Of a DNA stretch of 64,000 bases, positions 43,101 through 51,269 are shown piece after piece. The stretch is from Giardia intestinalis (Eukaryota): assembly GCA_000002435.2 (NCBI GenBank), contig CM018791.1. The stretch is one strand, 5' to 3'. The notes under the pieces are model-generated. The model was not told the origin of the DNA. It searched no databases and saw nothing but the letters and a program-made list of their open reading frames with translations. Made by a program: the position numbers and the translations under genes. Position 1 is the first letter of the stretch, and each line of letters begins with the position of its first letter.

Positions 43101-46100
43101 GGCGATAGCGAACGGGCGAGCCATGACTAATCCAGACTTAGCATCCTCCCTGCCAGCAAACTTCATTCGCAACCTTGACATCTACTTACGATGTGTTTGT
43201 AATCATCCATTTACCGCACTCGAGCATGATAAGCTCCAGTTGCTTTATAACTTTTATCTGATGAAAGCCAAATCATTTAGTGCTAGGCACAAAGCAGAAA
43301 ATACTGACTTTTATAGGCAGTATGGGGGAGCAAAGGAGGAGGCATCGAAGGACGCTACTGCTTCAATGCCTCCTAATAACTTTAATGTTCTGGAAAATAT
43401 GTATGTTAACGACCAAATATGGCGTGTCTCAGGAAAGCTAGAGCTTCTAGATAACATTCTTGCAAAGTTGCACAAGACAAGCCATCGGGTGCTCATCTTC
43501 AGTCAATTTAAAAAGGTCCTCGACGTCCTTTCTAGTTATTTGCATTATCGCCAGTACAAGTTTGTGCGCTTTGATGGCAGTGTCAAAGACGTAGACCGTA
43601 ATAGCATGATTCGGGGGTACAATAGGGAAGATAGCAAAGACTTTGTCTTCCTCCTCAGTACACGTGCGGCATCTCACGGACTAAATCTCCAAACAGCAGA
43701 TACAGTCATTATCTTTGATTGTGACTACAATGGCACGTATGATCAGCAGGCTCAGGATCGGTGCTATAGGCTTGGACAGGTCAACCCCGTAAAAGTGTTC
43801 AAGCTCTATTCAAATACGGCGATTGAAAGTAAAATGTTGTCGGTGGCGACGTCAAAACTCAGCCTGGCCACGATTGTGATGGACGCGGGCACATACACCA
43901 CCAACGCAGGTGATAAGACCGACGGTACGGCTGGCGCAACAGTGACCGGGGGTGGAGCGCGCAAGAAAACAAAGATGTCAACGCAGGAGTATATCCTCGA
44001 GGTTCTTAGTGCCAACTCTGTCGTTCCAGATGACGTTCACATACCGACCTCCGAAGAAATCAATCGGTATCTGGCTAGAAACGATATGGAGTTTCAAGCC
44101 TTTCAAATGCATGACATTGAGACGTCCCTGTACTGGCGGAAAAGAAACTTTGACGAGGACGTCCCTCGGCTGGATCCAGAGATTCCATCTGTTTTTTCTG
44201 AGCAGAAGGACCAGATTTACGAAGAGATGCGAGAGATGAATCTCTTGGAAGATAAGCAGGAGGTTGTAATGCCTAACATGCAGATTCCTTCAGCAGAGAG
44301 CGGCGGTAAGAGAAGCCATTCTGCTGGTGCTGATTCTAACAGCACTACCAGCGATTATGACGAAGACGACAGCCTAGACGAGGGATTGCTTGCTTCAGAA
44401 ACAGATACCGGGGGGTCACAGCAGCGGAAGTTAGTGCCCAAGGTACTCAAGAAGACACAGTCTATTAAGAAATCCATGAGCCGGTCTCTCACGGCACAAG
44501 ACCTGTCTGAGTCTGCAGTTTTCAGTTTGTGCATGCAAGTGGACAAGTCTCTACGAGACGATCCCGCCTTCCGTAACTCGATAGTCCTCAGCTCTACAAT
44601 TATCCAGAAGACATCCGTTGTTCTGACTCCTGTCGTAGATACCCCTATAGCCTGCTTTTTAATCGACCATGGACACTCAAGTGGTGTCCTGTTTCTTGTC
44701 TCGACAATGGTCGGGATGGCAGATCTATTGCGCCGCGAGGATGCATATAACAACTTAGGGGCTTGCGTAACACAGTACGTATCGTCAAATCTTTCTAGTT
44801 TGTTTGCATGTTTCTCTCGACAGAGCTTGGTTAAGCAATCTGCTGAATCGGTAAGTCTTGCACAGCACCTTTCTTCGCTGGTCATGGCCCCGGGCTTTTC
44901 ATCACCAGGCAACGCTGGCTCTGGGAGCTGGGACTCATATTTGTTTTTGACCGGTAGCGAATCTATTTTGCAGACAGCATACACGTTTCCACTGGCACAG
45001 CAGGGCCATCCTCTCTCTACGTATCAACTACTTTTCACGAAAGCAGCACTATTCATCATGGCCCTGAAGCTTGAACGGGACGTGTTCCACAACGATCTAC
45101 TCTCCTATCTTACAACTGATCTAACTAATGCCAAAAAATACACCGGGATATCCTATTCCAGTCTGTTATTTTATTTCTCATCTGGATTGGCTGTTGCGGT
45201 GGAGGAGCAGTCTCTTTGTGCTCCAGATCTCCTGTATAGTAAGCCTTCATCTGAGAGTGCTGTTCTAAACGAATCAGCCGATACAACCTCTTTATTCTTG
45301 CGATCAGATCGAGCATACACGGATGTTTATATTAAGCTGGAGTCTCTGCCGCAGCTCTCTGGAGATATCGATGTAATAAGGAGAGGGTATGCCTGGTACA
45401 ATGGTCTATCACAGTCACAGAGAGACCAACAACCGTCCTATCTACAATACTTATGTAATGTCATAGACCATTGCCGTGTAGGCGCTGCTTCACAAGATCA
45501 ATTGGACCCCCTGCCAATTTATGTGCGAATAACGACTAATACAGAGAGGCTGCGCTACCTGTACTCTTCTGCACGCAGCAGTGGGGTAACCACAGATGTT
45601 CTTCGTTTACTTTATGCGACTGTCTCATTCCACCTGCGCATAATGGCCATCTTCAACTATCTGATTCATCTGATTGATCCTCTTTGTGCTCACCCCAGTG
45701 AGGACAGCGTTGACGTTTCTTCTACTGTCGCAGGTGACTCTGAACCCGAATCCGGAAAGGAAGACTCTAGTAAGGCGTTACTCACTTATCGGATTCTCTC
45801 CCAATTTTGGATACTACCAAGCAAAACAGAGCTACCATCTTATTACCACGCTATCCCTTATCCGCGATCACTTGCTTACATATACTACAAACTGATAACG
45901 CTGTCATATTTATCCCTGCATGAATTCGTAGCAGATATGCGTCAGAGTTTTAAAAACTGCCTGCAATTCAATGAGCGAAGCTCAGCTTTTTGTGAGCATG
46001 CTAAGGTGTGCAATGAGCTCACTTTCCAGCAAATCTCTCAGCACTTCCAGTACTGTAATGCAAGTAGTGTAATATCTTGGTTTACCGCCTATGAACGGCG

Positions 46101-46389
46101 TCTCAGCGTAGTGAAGAAGGGATACACTCTGTTATCTACCTTTGTAGGTTGCGGCATATATGAGTTGCTGAGCCTCCCGATCACAGAGGGCCCTGGGCCC
46201 TTCCATCTTGAGATGGATGGAGAAAAGTGCAAAGGGCTTATACTCTCCTACGGGTCTGGTGCAGATATGGCTGGGTTGTGTGCCTATGATATCTTACGGT
46301 ACGCCATAGCTGCAGCTAAGGAGGGTGAAAGCGGCACAGGAAGTACTGTTACATACCCAGACGCCTCTGTCCGTCACGTCAAGAAGTAG
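40150..46389 (+). CDS. SNF2-family chromatin-remodelling ATPase with C-terminal bromodomain (Snf2/Brm-like), 2079 aa
   Basis: Helicase motifs are present: I LADDMGCGKTAQSIAFLAYL, II VIVDEASRVKN, III LLSGTPIQNNLRELFTLL, IV-VI VLIFSQF...RFDGSV...LLSTRAASHGLNLQTADTVIIFDCDYN...DQQAQDRCYRLGQ. The C-terminal bromodomain-like block is LPSYYHAIPYPRSLAYIYYKL...FVADMRQSFKNCLQFN. An unusually long low-complexity insertion of about 400 aa lies between ATPase lobes 1 and 2. Confidence 0.8.
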   Translation: MKTSLADLLRKPLLRHAFDPHERGSNLSGDRDRQGTVDHGQNHAHCVQTHHSSPSSASGECIKMEPAQSHKNQVDPEDRLQPRSDGPKPPQSQEAGVCLTYQLPYLSFGKRMIKVFPNLNITNAHREFMVLYEFDYRLTEFSLITYLTQKRRAFLSEVDLYAETDLGSPEDVEASQYLILANLISRPRLRGFYRPLNSYYAVNCLLYHDPQPAKTLKTSFLQSLQQQSLLNMRFAAEKREMAATLKQKMLSLTTGNFKLSIVCRHESPLIGKIFGSGLQKYMLPRSQILTTTGKQGSSGVNKYSNLPDFAFKTYTDDMINSLIYMYLRQFENVYTLEDARQKRIFLPPVFLTLLLEITRYELHVMSRLGVDPTVTLETTTNRSTVEAHEISAMLDSILARTNPSDIDPACTVNYSYLFKTDSFAESGSAEAQEALETLIESHPGFTERHKALLYQAELGLKLIEYILKNTGYENNLHFEQRLYDQVHIQYPIELTTQPVSIQHGRLKNYQLDGVKFLVSLYRSSNANLQDLQTGTGSSGCLLADDMGCGKTAQSIAFLAYLSDNRISTGMHLIISPLAVSDSWATEFQTWFPNFSILLYKGDQEQRAKYRRHILTLSKGNISVLTDYGGPAIKDKDSRTASGSAGYSSGDSGKSTNQILSNINAIVTTYEYAIKDRSFFRQIDFDVVIVDEASRVKNARGKLIDVLKKSINCRFRILLSGTPIQNNLRELFTLLGLIHPAVFCDYDRFESIFGQVFSLAHTGRNSDLHHAHHGYHGFRRRASTDSAQLEVSDMRTGASPSLSSVQMQSMQSISTTTSQAVGRRSKRQCGSTAVTFADDLGEDELDSSYSYSNKDSSEDENDNDSELSRVSSVPTEMMVPIGSTASLIGAKTASSLPELTQDLPQNAPITKDNIAEVAIQLAENIDKISGLTNSQKTFIVERLHGILKPFLLRRVKTEVLAQLPPKEEIIIRVPLSAFQLFFYNLAIANGRAMTNPDLASSLPANFIRNLDIYLRCVCNHPFTALEHDKLQLLYNFYLMKAKSFSARHKAENTDFYRQYGGAKEEASKDATASMPPNNFNVLENMYVNDQIWRVSGKLELLDNILAKLHKTSHRVLIFSQFKKVLDVLSSYLHYRQYKFVRFDGSVKDVDRNSMIRGYNREDSKDFVFLLSTRAASHGLNLQTADTVIIFDCDYNGTYDQQAQDRCYRLGQVNPVKVFKLYSNTAIESKMLSVATSKLSLATIVMDAGTYTTNAGDKTDGTAGATVTGGGARKKTKMSTQEYILEVLSANSVVPDDVHIPTSEEINRYLARNDMEFQAFQMHDIETSLYWRKRNFDEDVPRLDPEIPSVFSEQKDQIYEEMREMNLLEDKQEVVMPNMQIPSAESGGKRSHSAGADSNSTTSDYDEDDSLDEGLLASETDTGGSQQRKLVPKVLKKTQSIKKSMSRSLTAQDLSESAVFSLCMQVDKSLRDDPAFRNSIVLSSTIIQKTSVVLTPVVDTPIACFLIDHGHSSGVLFLVSTMVGMADLLRREDAYNNLGACVTQYVSSNLSSLFACFSRQSLVKQSAESVSLAQHLSSLVMAPGFSSPGNAGSGSWDSYLFLTGSESILQTAYTFPLAQQGHPLSTYQLLFTKAALFIMALKLERDVFHNDLLSYLTTDLTNAKKYTGISYSSLLFYFSSGLAVAVEEQSLCAPDLLYSKPSSESAVLNESADTTSLFLRSDRAYTDVYIKLESLPQLSGDIDVIRRGYAWYNGLSQSQRDQQPSYLQYLCNVIDHCRVGAASQDQLDPLPIYVRITTNTERLRYLYSSARSSGVTTDVLRLLYATVSFHLRIMAIFNYLIHLIDPLCAHPSEDSVDVSSTVAGDSEPESGKEDSSKALLTYRILSQFWILPSKTELPSYYHAIPYPRSLAYIYYKLITLSYLSLHEFVADMRQSFKNCLQFNERSSAFCEHAKVCNELTFQQISQHFQYCNASSVISWFTAYERRLSVVKKGYTLLSTFVGCGIYELLSLPITEGPGPFHLEMDGEKCKGLILSYGSGADMAGLCAYDILRYAIAAAKEGESGTGSTVTYPDASVRHVKK

Positions 46390-46440
46390 TGTTAGGTTTT
46401 GTTGTAGCCAAAATGCTGCAGCCAATGAAGCCGCTGATGG

Positions 46441-46887
46441 TCACGTTGCGGCCTCAGATGGCGTAAACTTCGTGACTTTCTTGGCGACCTCTGCCTTTAC
46501 CCATTCCAGCGCTTCAAAGGGAGATGCGATCTTTTTCTGGATCTTTGCGTACGAGTCCTGCAGTGGAGGACATATGAACACACGGTACAAGAGAAGCGCA
46601 CACGAAAAGTCATGTTGACCCAACCAGTAGAAGTATAGTGACTTAAACAGTTCATAGTAGGGAACCCATAAGAAAAACTGATCAAGGACATACTCCGCTG
46701 CCATAGAGAGAGCGAAGGCTATCCAGAAGGCACTTGCGTCCTGAATTCTCGCTGCCAGATCCGTGGGCATTTCATCGTCTTCCTGATATTCATTGCACAG
46801 CAGGCGGATGAGACAGTATGACTTGTACGCAGGAACTGCCAGAAAAATTAATCCTCGGACGGCTCTTACGACGGAAGGTAAATCCAT
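46441..46887 (-). CDS. REEP/Yop1/HVA22 (TB2/DP1) family ER membrane-shaping protein (148 aa)
   Basis: Real ATG at c(46885..46887) (MDLPSVV...). The track start at 46989 is upstream and would overlap the divergent gene. Family motifs are present: LIFLAVPAYKSYCLI (cf. YPAYxSxKAI) and WVPYYELFKSLYFYWLGQHDFSCALLLY (cf. WxPFYxxxKxxFxxWLxxPxxxGAxxLY). Confidence 0.55.
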   Translation of the reverse strand: MDLPSVVRAVRGLIFLAVPAYKSYCLIRLLCNEYQEDDEMPTDLAARIQDASAFWIAFALSMAAEYVLDQFFLWVPYYELFKSLYFYWLGQHDFSCALLLYRVFICPPLQDSYAKIQKKIASPFEALEWVKAEVAKKVTKFTPSEAAT

Positions 46888-46930
46888 TTTTGTGGTGGAT
46901 TTTAATTTTTCATGTCTACGTATACCATCT
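46888..46930. promoter_or_regulatory. 43-bp divergent intergenic region between REEP-like (-) and hypothetical (+) genes
   Basis: The sequence ttttgtggtggattttaatttttcatgtctacgtataccatct lies between c(46885..46887) ATG and the 46931 ATG. Confidence 0.4.
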
Positions 46931-49003
46931 ATGGAGTCCCCACGTGACCTGAGGCGGCTGTGGGACTGCATTTTGGCCATGGGGGACAATGATGTTTACT
47001 ATTCCGAGGCTTGCACAGGCCTTATTGTCACAAGTTTTTATGGAGAGAAGTTGCAGATGGTACTAAAATATCTACGAGACAAGTTCTTTTCTTACACCTG
47101 GTCTACCTTGGAGTCCTTCAGCCAGGATGACTCCGCCCATACCAGGATCACAGCCCTTAAAGGTATCATTAAGTATTCCCGAACCGTATGCTCATCAATG
47201 AGCTTTATTCATTCACATTATTGCAAGGAGCTCCTTGTTGATTTACTTACTCCTGAGGCCAAGGATGCCTCGTTTAGCTATAACAGCAAGGACCTTCTAA
47301 GTCCCATTTACAACCGTCTTTGCACCCTCCGTGAACTGTATTGTCCTAGTGCATTACGGGGAGCCAGTGTGCAAAGACCCAACCTTTATATTGAAGGCAT
47401 TCGTGTAGCAACAACGCCAATCAAGGAGGTTCTTCTTCTCTATAGCGAGCTCTCACCAAATCACAAAGAGGAAGTCCAGGAGATGGTAGAGGGAGCGCTC
47501 TTATTTGATGCGGACAGGTACTTATTGGACTTCACAGAGTTTGTATCTGTACAATTGAACGCACCCTTAGGTTGCCATGCAGTGGAGCTCTTTCATCGCT
47601 TGTCCATCTTTGAAGAGGAAATGCTATCTGCGCTGCATCAGATACTTCCAGTGGAATCCAAATTCGATCCAGCGCAGACCCTGGCTCGAGTGTGCAATGC
47701 CGCTATCTGTCTAGGCGTGAAAATGCATCCCGAAAGACACTGGGAAGGCATAAGAATTATTGTAGATAAACTAGTAAAAGAAGAGATTCCTGTATGCAGT
47801 ACAATGGTGTCATTTATGGATCATACCATCCTTGCCTTCATAATGAACAAACGACACAGAGAGTTTGTGGATATCATGACTAACATAGTATGCAGAGGAC
47901 TTACTGCCGCCAACGACGTACAGTGCCTCTTTAGATCTCTATTCAGAGTAGACACTTTGACCAATCATACGGGTGTACACTACGCAAAGCTCTTGGACAC
48001 AATCCATAATAGATTAAATAGTGTTATCAGCAATGGAAGCTGCTCCATCAAGGAACAAATAGGACTATATGCAGCAGCGTTTATCAACTTCCACCATGTG
48101 AGGGGAGAGATGGAAGCCCTGACAAAGATCATGCCTCACAAACCATTATTCTTTTGCAAACTGTTTGAAGAACGGATATTGTTGGATCTCTTTTCACGTA
48201 TGACTGCACTGCGACTGGGGTTAACCTTCATGGATCAACATCTTGACAAACTATCCTATATTCTGGCCGAGCTGGAGCTGTTCACGGTGCTAGCATCCAT
48301 ATTTACGCCATGCCTTACTCAGCTGTATGCATACGTGCTTACCATTTCAACAGGGTGTAGAGAGGCACGTCAGATTGAAGCGAAATCGAAAGCTTTGTAT
48401 GCTTTTGTCACGACATCAGGGTGGAAGAGCTCGATGCCAAAGATAGCTGGGCTAATAGCTACATTGGTCCAGCCAGTAACATCCAGTAATGTTGAGATAG
48501 GATTTTCGAATATTCGCTTGCCAGAGACAGTAAAGACAGCCCTCTGTGAGGCCAGATTTGCCGCCATAAATGTCGGAGCCGATGACAGGCTGAGAGTGGT
48601 CCGCGAAGATTGCCTTCGCAAACTAACAAGAAACAGTTGTGACACAGATTGCTTAAATCAATTGGTAAGTGCAGGTTACTTTTATGTATCAATATCTCCA
48701 GAAGATATGAACTTCCCATTGAAGCTCACAGATTCCTTAAGCAACAGAACCAGAAGCGATAACAATACCAATAGCAATAGCGGTAACAAGGAACCAAAGA
48801 AACTGGAGATCATGGCACGCCTGTCGCGGATGGTGAAGACATCAGGAAGGATCTCTGTTGAAGATCTGGTAAATGCTTGCCATGAACACTATAAAGCAAC
48901 CAGTACCATTACCAAAAGCGAAATATCAGACATAGTTCAGCGTCTCACTGAGTCTGACGTACTAGAGTGGACGGGAGAGAAGATGCTGCAATGGCATGAT
49001 TAA
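46931..49003 (+). CDS. Hypothetical protein (690 aa); Asn/Ser-rich linker and C-terminal winged-helix-like region
   Basis: First ATG at 46931 (MESPRDLRR...) after taatttttcatgtctacgtataccatct. The track start 46793 is TTG. No confident domain is visible. Low-complexity NRTRSDNNTNSNSGNKEP lies near the C-terminus. Confidence 0.45.
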   Translation: MESPRDLRRLWDCILAMGDNDVYYSEACTGLIVTSFYGEKLQMVLKYLRDKFFSYTWSTLESFSQDDSAHTRITALKGIIKYSRTVCSSMSFIHSHYCKELLVDLLTPEAKDASFSYNSKDLLSPIYNRLCTLRELYCPSALRGASVQRPNLYIEGIRVATTPIKEVLLLYSELSPNHKEEVQEMVEGALLFDADRYLLDFTEFVSVQLNAPLGCHAVELFHRLSIFEEEMLSALHQILPVESKFDPAQTLARVCNAAICLGVKMHPERHWEGIRIIVDKLVKEEIPVCSTMVSFMDHTILAFIMNKRHREFVDIMTNIVCRGLTAANDVQCLFRSLFRVDTLTNHTGVHYAKLLDTIHNRLNSVISNGSCSIKEQIGLYAAAFINFHHVRGEMEALTKIMPHKPLFFCKLFEERILLDLFSRMTALRLGLTFMDQHLDKLSYILAELELFTVLASIFTPCLTQLYAYVLTISTGCREARQIEAKSKALYAFVTTSGWKSSMPKIAGLIATLVQPVTSSNVEIGFSNIRLPETVKTALCEARFAAINVGADDRLRVVREDCLRKLTRNSCDTDCLNQLVSAGYFYVSISPEDMNFPLKLTDSLSNRTRSDNNTNSNSGNKEPKKLEIMARLSRMVKTSGRISVEDLVNACHEHYKATSTITKSEISDIVQRLTESDVLEWTGEKMLQWHD

Positions 49004-50745
49004 GAATTTGAAAACTCTTGAGGCTCTTGTGGTTTGCTGACGCTGTTATGTCGCTCAACAGCGATGAGGCACACAAAAAGAAAAGTAATGGCCATAAAGA
49101 ACACCCCCAAAACAATCCCATACAGCTTGAAGTTGGGCCCGAATATATTGCTTATTATAATCTCGTCTATGGGATATACCTTTCCACAGGCTCTAGTGTT
49201 GTTCATGAGCTGGTAATATACCATGCTAGCCTGTGAGTTCAAATTACTTATTATAGTTTGACACAAATCACTGGTTGTGGCCGTGGTGGAAGAAGATGAA
49301 ATTAAACATCTCATGCTCGCAAAGAGTGACTCAGTTTGCTTCTGTAAAGGCATGAGAACTGTGATGTTTTCTTTTTCGATACTCTCAAAGAAAATATCCT
49401 GAAAAATCTTACGATTCGGGGCGAAGATTAGCCGGATGTGAGTGCAATCAGTACCTATGGCGCTGTTTTCACGCAGGATAGTGTTAGACGCGTTAAACAT
49501 CAACATGAAGGATGTCACAGTAACAGACGCTGTGTCCCAGTCGACCAGTTCAACAATGTTGACAAGGTACCTAGCTATATCTATGGAGCCGCCGCCTAGG
49601 TGCATTGCCAAAATAAAGTCAGAGATAAGTGATGACTGAAATAGTTCTTCGGCGACTCTCAGCGTCGTCTTTCCCTTGTGAATCATCGATATGCATGTCG
49701 AGCAGTTGTATACAAGCACCCCTTTGCCGTCTACCAAGTTTAGTGCAACTGGGGACACGAATCGCGCGGGCTCTAATGGGCTCTTAAAACCAAATATCAG
49801 AAGCTCTGGCGACAAGGAGTAAATGGGCACATTGTCATGAGTCTTAGTGAAGGGACAGGCTGCAGAGATGGTCCTAGATATGTAGACAGAGATAGTCTTT
49901 GTTGATATTACCACTCGAACATTGGAGAAGCAATCATAGTAGTTAACCGTGCGTAAGCCGAAAAGCCGATTAGTCAAGATTGCATACTTGTTTCCAAGAG
50001 AAATGTTGAAGGTCATGTACAGGAAAACAAACGGACTGCTAACAAGAGAGTAGTAGTTGGAGGTGCACTCATCTTCACAATGAAAAGTAACCAGCGCATC
50101 GGTCAGGATAGAAGACGTGGGCTTGATAGATTTCTGCAAGAACTTTCTGAGCTTGTTGGTGGAGCTGTCCAGATATATGAGGGTGAGGTGATGGTCTATG
50201 ATTGCACTCATAGGTATCATGGAGCACTTGTAAGACGGGTGCAGCTGGGCAAGAAACACAACTCGGGACTTCTCCATGAGGATATCGAGAGTTTGGTCGT
50301 TGGAAAAACAATCCCGATAATTATAACTGTCGACCTTCAACGTCATAATCTGTCGGGACGCAAGTAGCTGAGAAGTAGCGCTCGAGACAGATATATGAAC
50401 GCCTGACTTGTAGGAGACATCACACAAATTGCGGTGTGAGTCGTCATCGTGCCATGAGAAGAAATCAATAAGCATAGTATCGTTGTACGAATCCAGCATT
50501 ACCAAAATTTGATCACGATTCGACGTCAGGAAGTGGAGAAGGATCTCTCCCTGAAAGCTTGCACAAAGGGGATTTTCAAGATTAGGACTGAATCCTTGCA
50601 AAACGAAAAGACACGAACCATAGATCGCGGTTCCATTCATCAGACTTTGAAGACACACCCCCAGATCTTGCTTAAGGAAGTCATCAGGGTATGCTATCTC
50701 TGTGTCATAATTATGAAGGGAGACCAGCATGAGCAAGAAGAGCAT
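49000..50745 (-). CDS. Hypothetical type I membrane glycoprotein (signal peptide, N-glycosylation-sequon-rich ectodomain, C-terminal TM), 581 aa
   Basis: N-terminal MLFLLMLVSLH. Many N-x-S/T sequons. A C-terminal hydrophobic helix LYGIVLGVFFMAITFLFVCLIAV is followed by a short tail. The internal AMHLGGGSID resembles the ACR4 (DLGGGSTQ) motif of GDA1/CD39 NTPDases, but the other apyrase-conserved regions are not clearly present. Confidence 0.5.
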   Translation of the reverse strand: MLFLLMLVSLHNYDTEIAYPDDFLKQDLGVCLQSLMNGTAIYGSCLFVLQGFSPNLENPLCASFQGEILLHFLTSNRDQILVMLDSYNDTMLIDFFSWHDDDSHRNLCDVSYKSGVHISVSSATSQLLASRQIMTLKVDSYNYRDCFSNDQTLDILMEKSRVVFLAQLHPSYKCSMIPMSAIIDHHLTLIYLDSSTNKLRKFLQKSIKPTSSILTDALVTFHCEDECTSNYYSLVSSPFVFLYMTFNISLGNKYAILTNRLFGLRTVNYYDCFSNVRVVISTKTISVYISRTISAACPFTKTHDNVPIYSLSPELLIFGFKSPLEPARFVSPVALNLVDGKGVLVYNCSTCISMIHKGKTTLRVAEELFQSSLISDFILAMHLGGGSIDIARYLVNIVELVDWDTASVTVTSFMLMFNASNTILRENSAIGTDCTHIRLIFAPNRKIFQDIFFESIEKENITVLMPLQKQTESLFASMRCLISSSSTTATTSDLCQTIISNLNSQASMVYYQLMNNTRACGKVYPIDEIIISNIFGPNFKLYGIVLGVFFMAITFLFVCLIAVERHNSVSKPQEPQEFSNS

Positions 50746-50816
50746 TTTTCATGCTAGGACAAGCTGGCTCTTACAGAAAAAGGAAAATCTGAACTTTAAA
50801 ATCTTAAAAATCGTGC

Positions 50817-51221
50817 ATGGAAAAAGAGATCGACTATGCAGCTCTTGAGCAGCGCGCTAAGGAGCTTTATGCTCAAATCCAGGACGTGAACGTTCCAGAT
50901 AGATTTAAAAACCCTTCCAATTTTTCCACACAAAAGGTCAGTCTCGACAACTCAGCACCACTGATTGCGAACGGATCCCAGAGCCTTTCGGCCACGGCGA
51001 CAGAATCTAGAAAGTCAAATGCATCCATGTTTTATACTACTTCTAACAGCGAGTATGGAGACTTCACACCCTCCATAGTTGAGATGCCCACGCAGTGGAA
51101 TGGGAACAAAATTATCGTGAGTCGTCAGCAAAATAATGTCGTCTATCGATACGACGGATTCAACACCGAGGTCGACAAGAATAGATACATGGACCCTTAC
51201 GTCACTATCCGCCGCAAGTAA
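50817..51221 (+). CDS. Hypothetical small protein (134 aa)
   Basis: ATG at 50817 after aaaatcttaaaaatcgtgc. It is followed by agttttaaaataaac directly after the stop. No domain recognised. Confidence 0.35.
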   Translation: MEKEIDYAALEQRAKELYAQIQDVNVPDRFKNPSNFSTQKVSLDNSAPLIANGSQSLSATATESRKSNASMFYTTSNSEYGDFTPSIVEMPTQWNGNKIIVSRQQNNVVYRYDGFNTEVDKNRYMDPYVTIRRK

Positions 51222-51269
51222 TCAGTTTTAAAATAAACATTTCTTTGTCACGTTTTAAAGGCGCCACAG

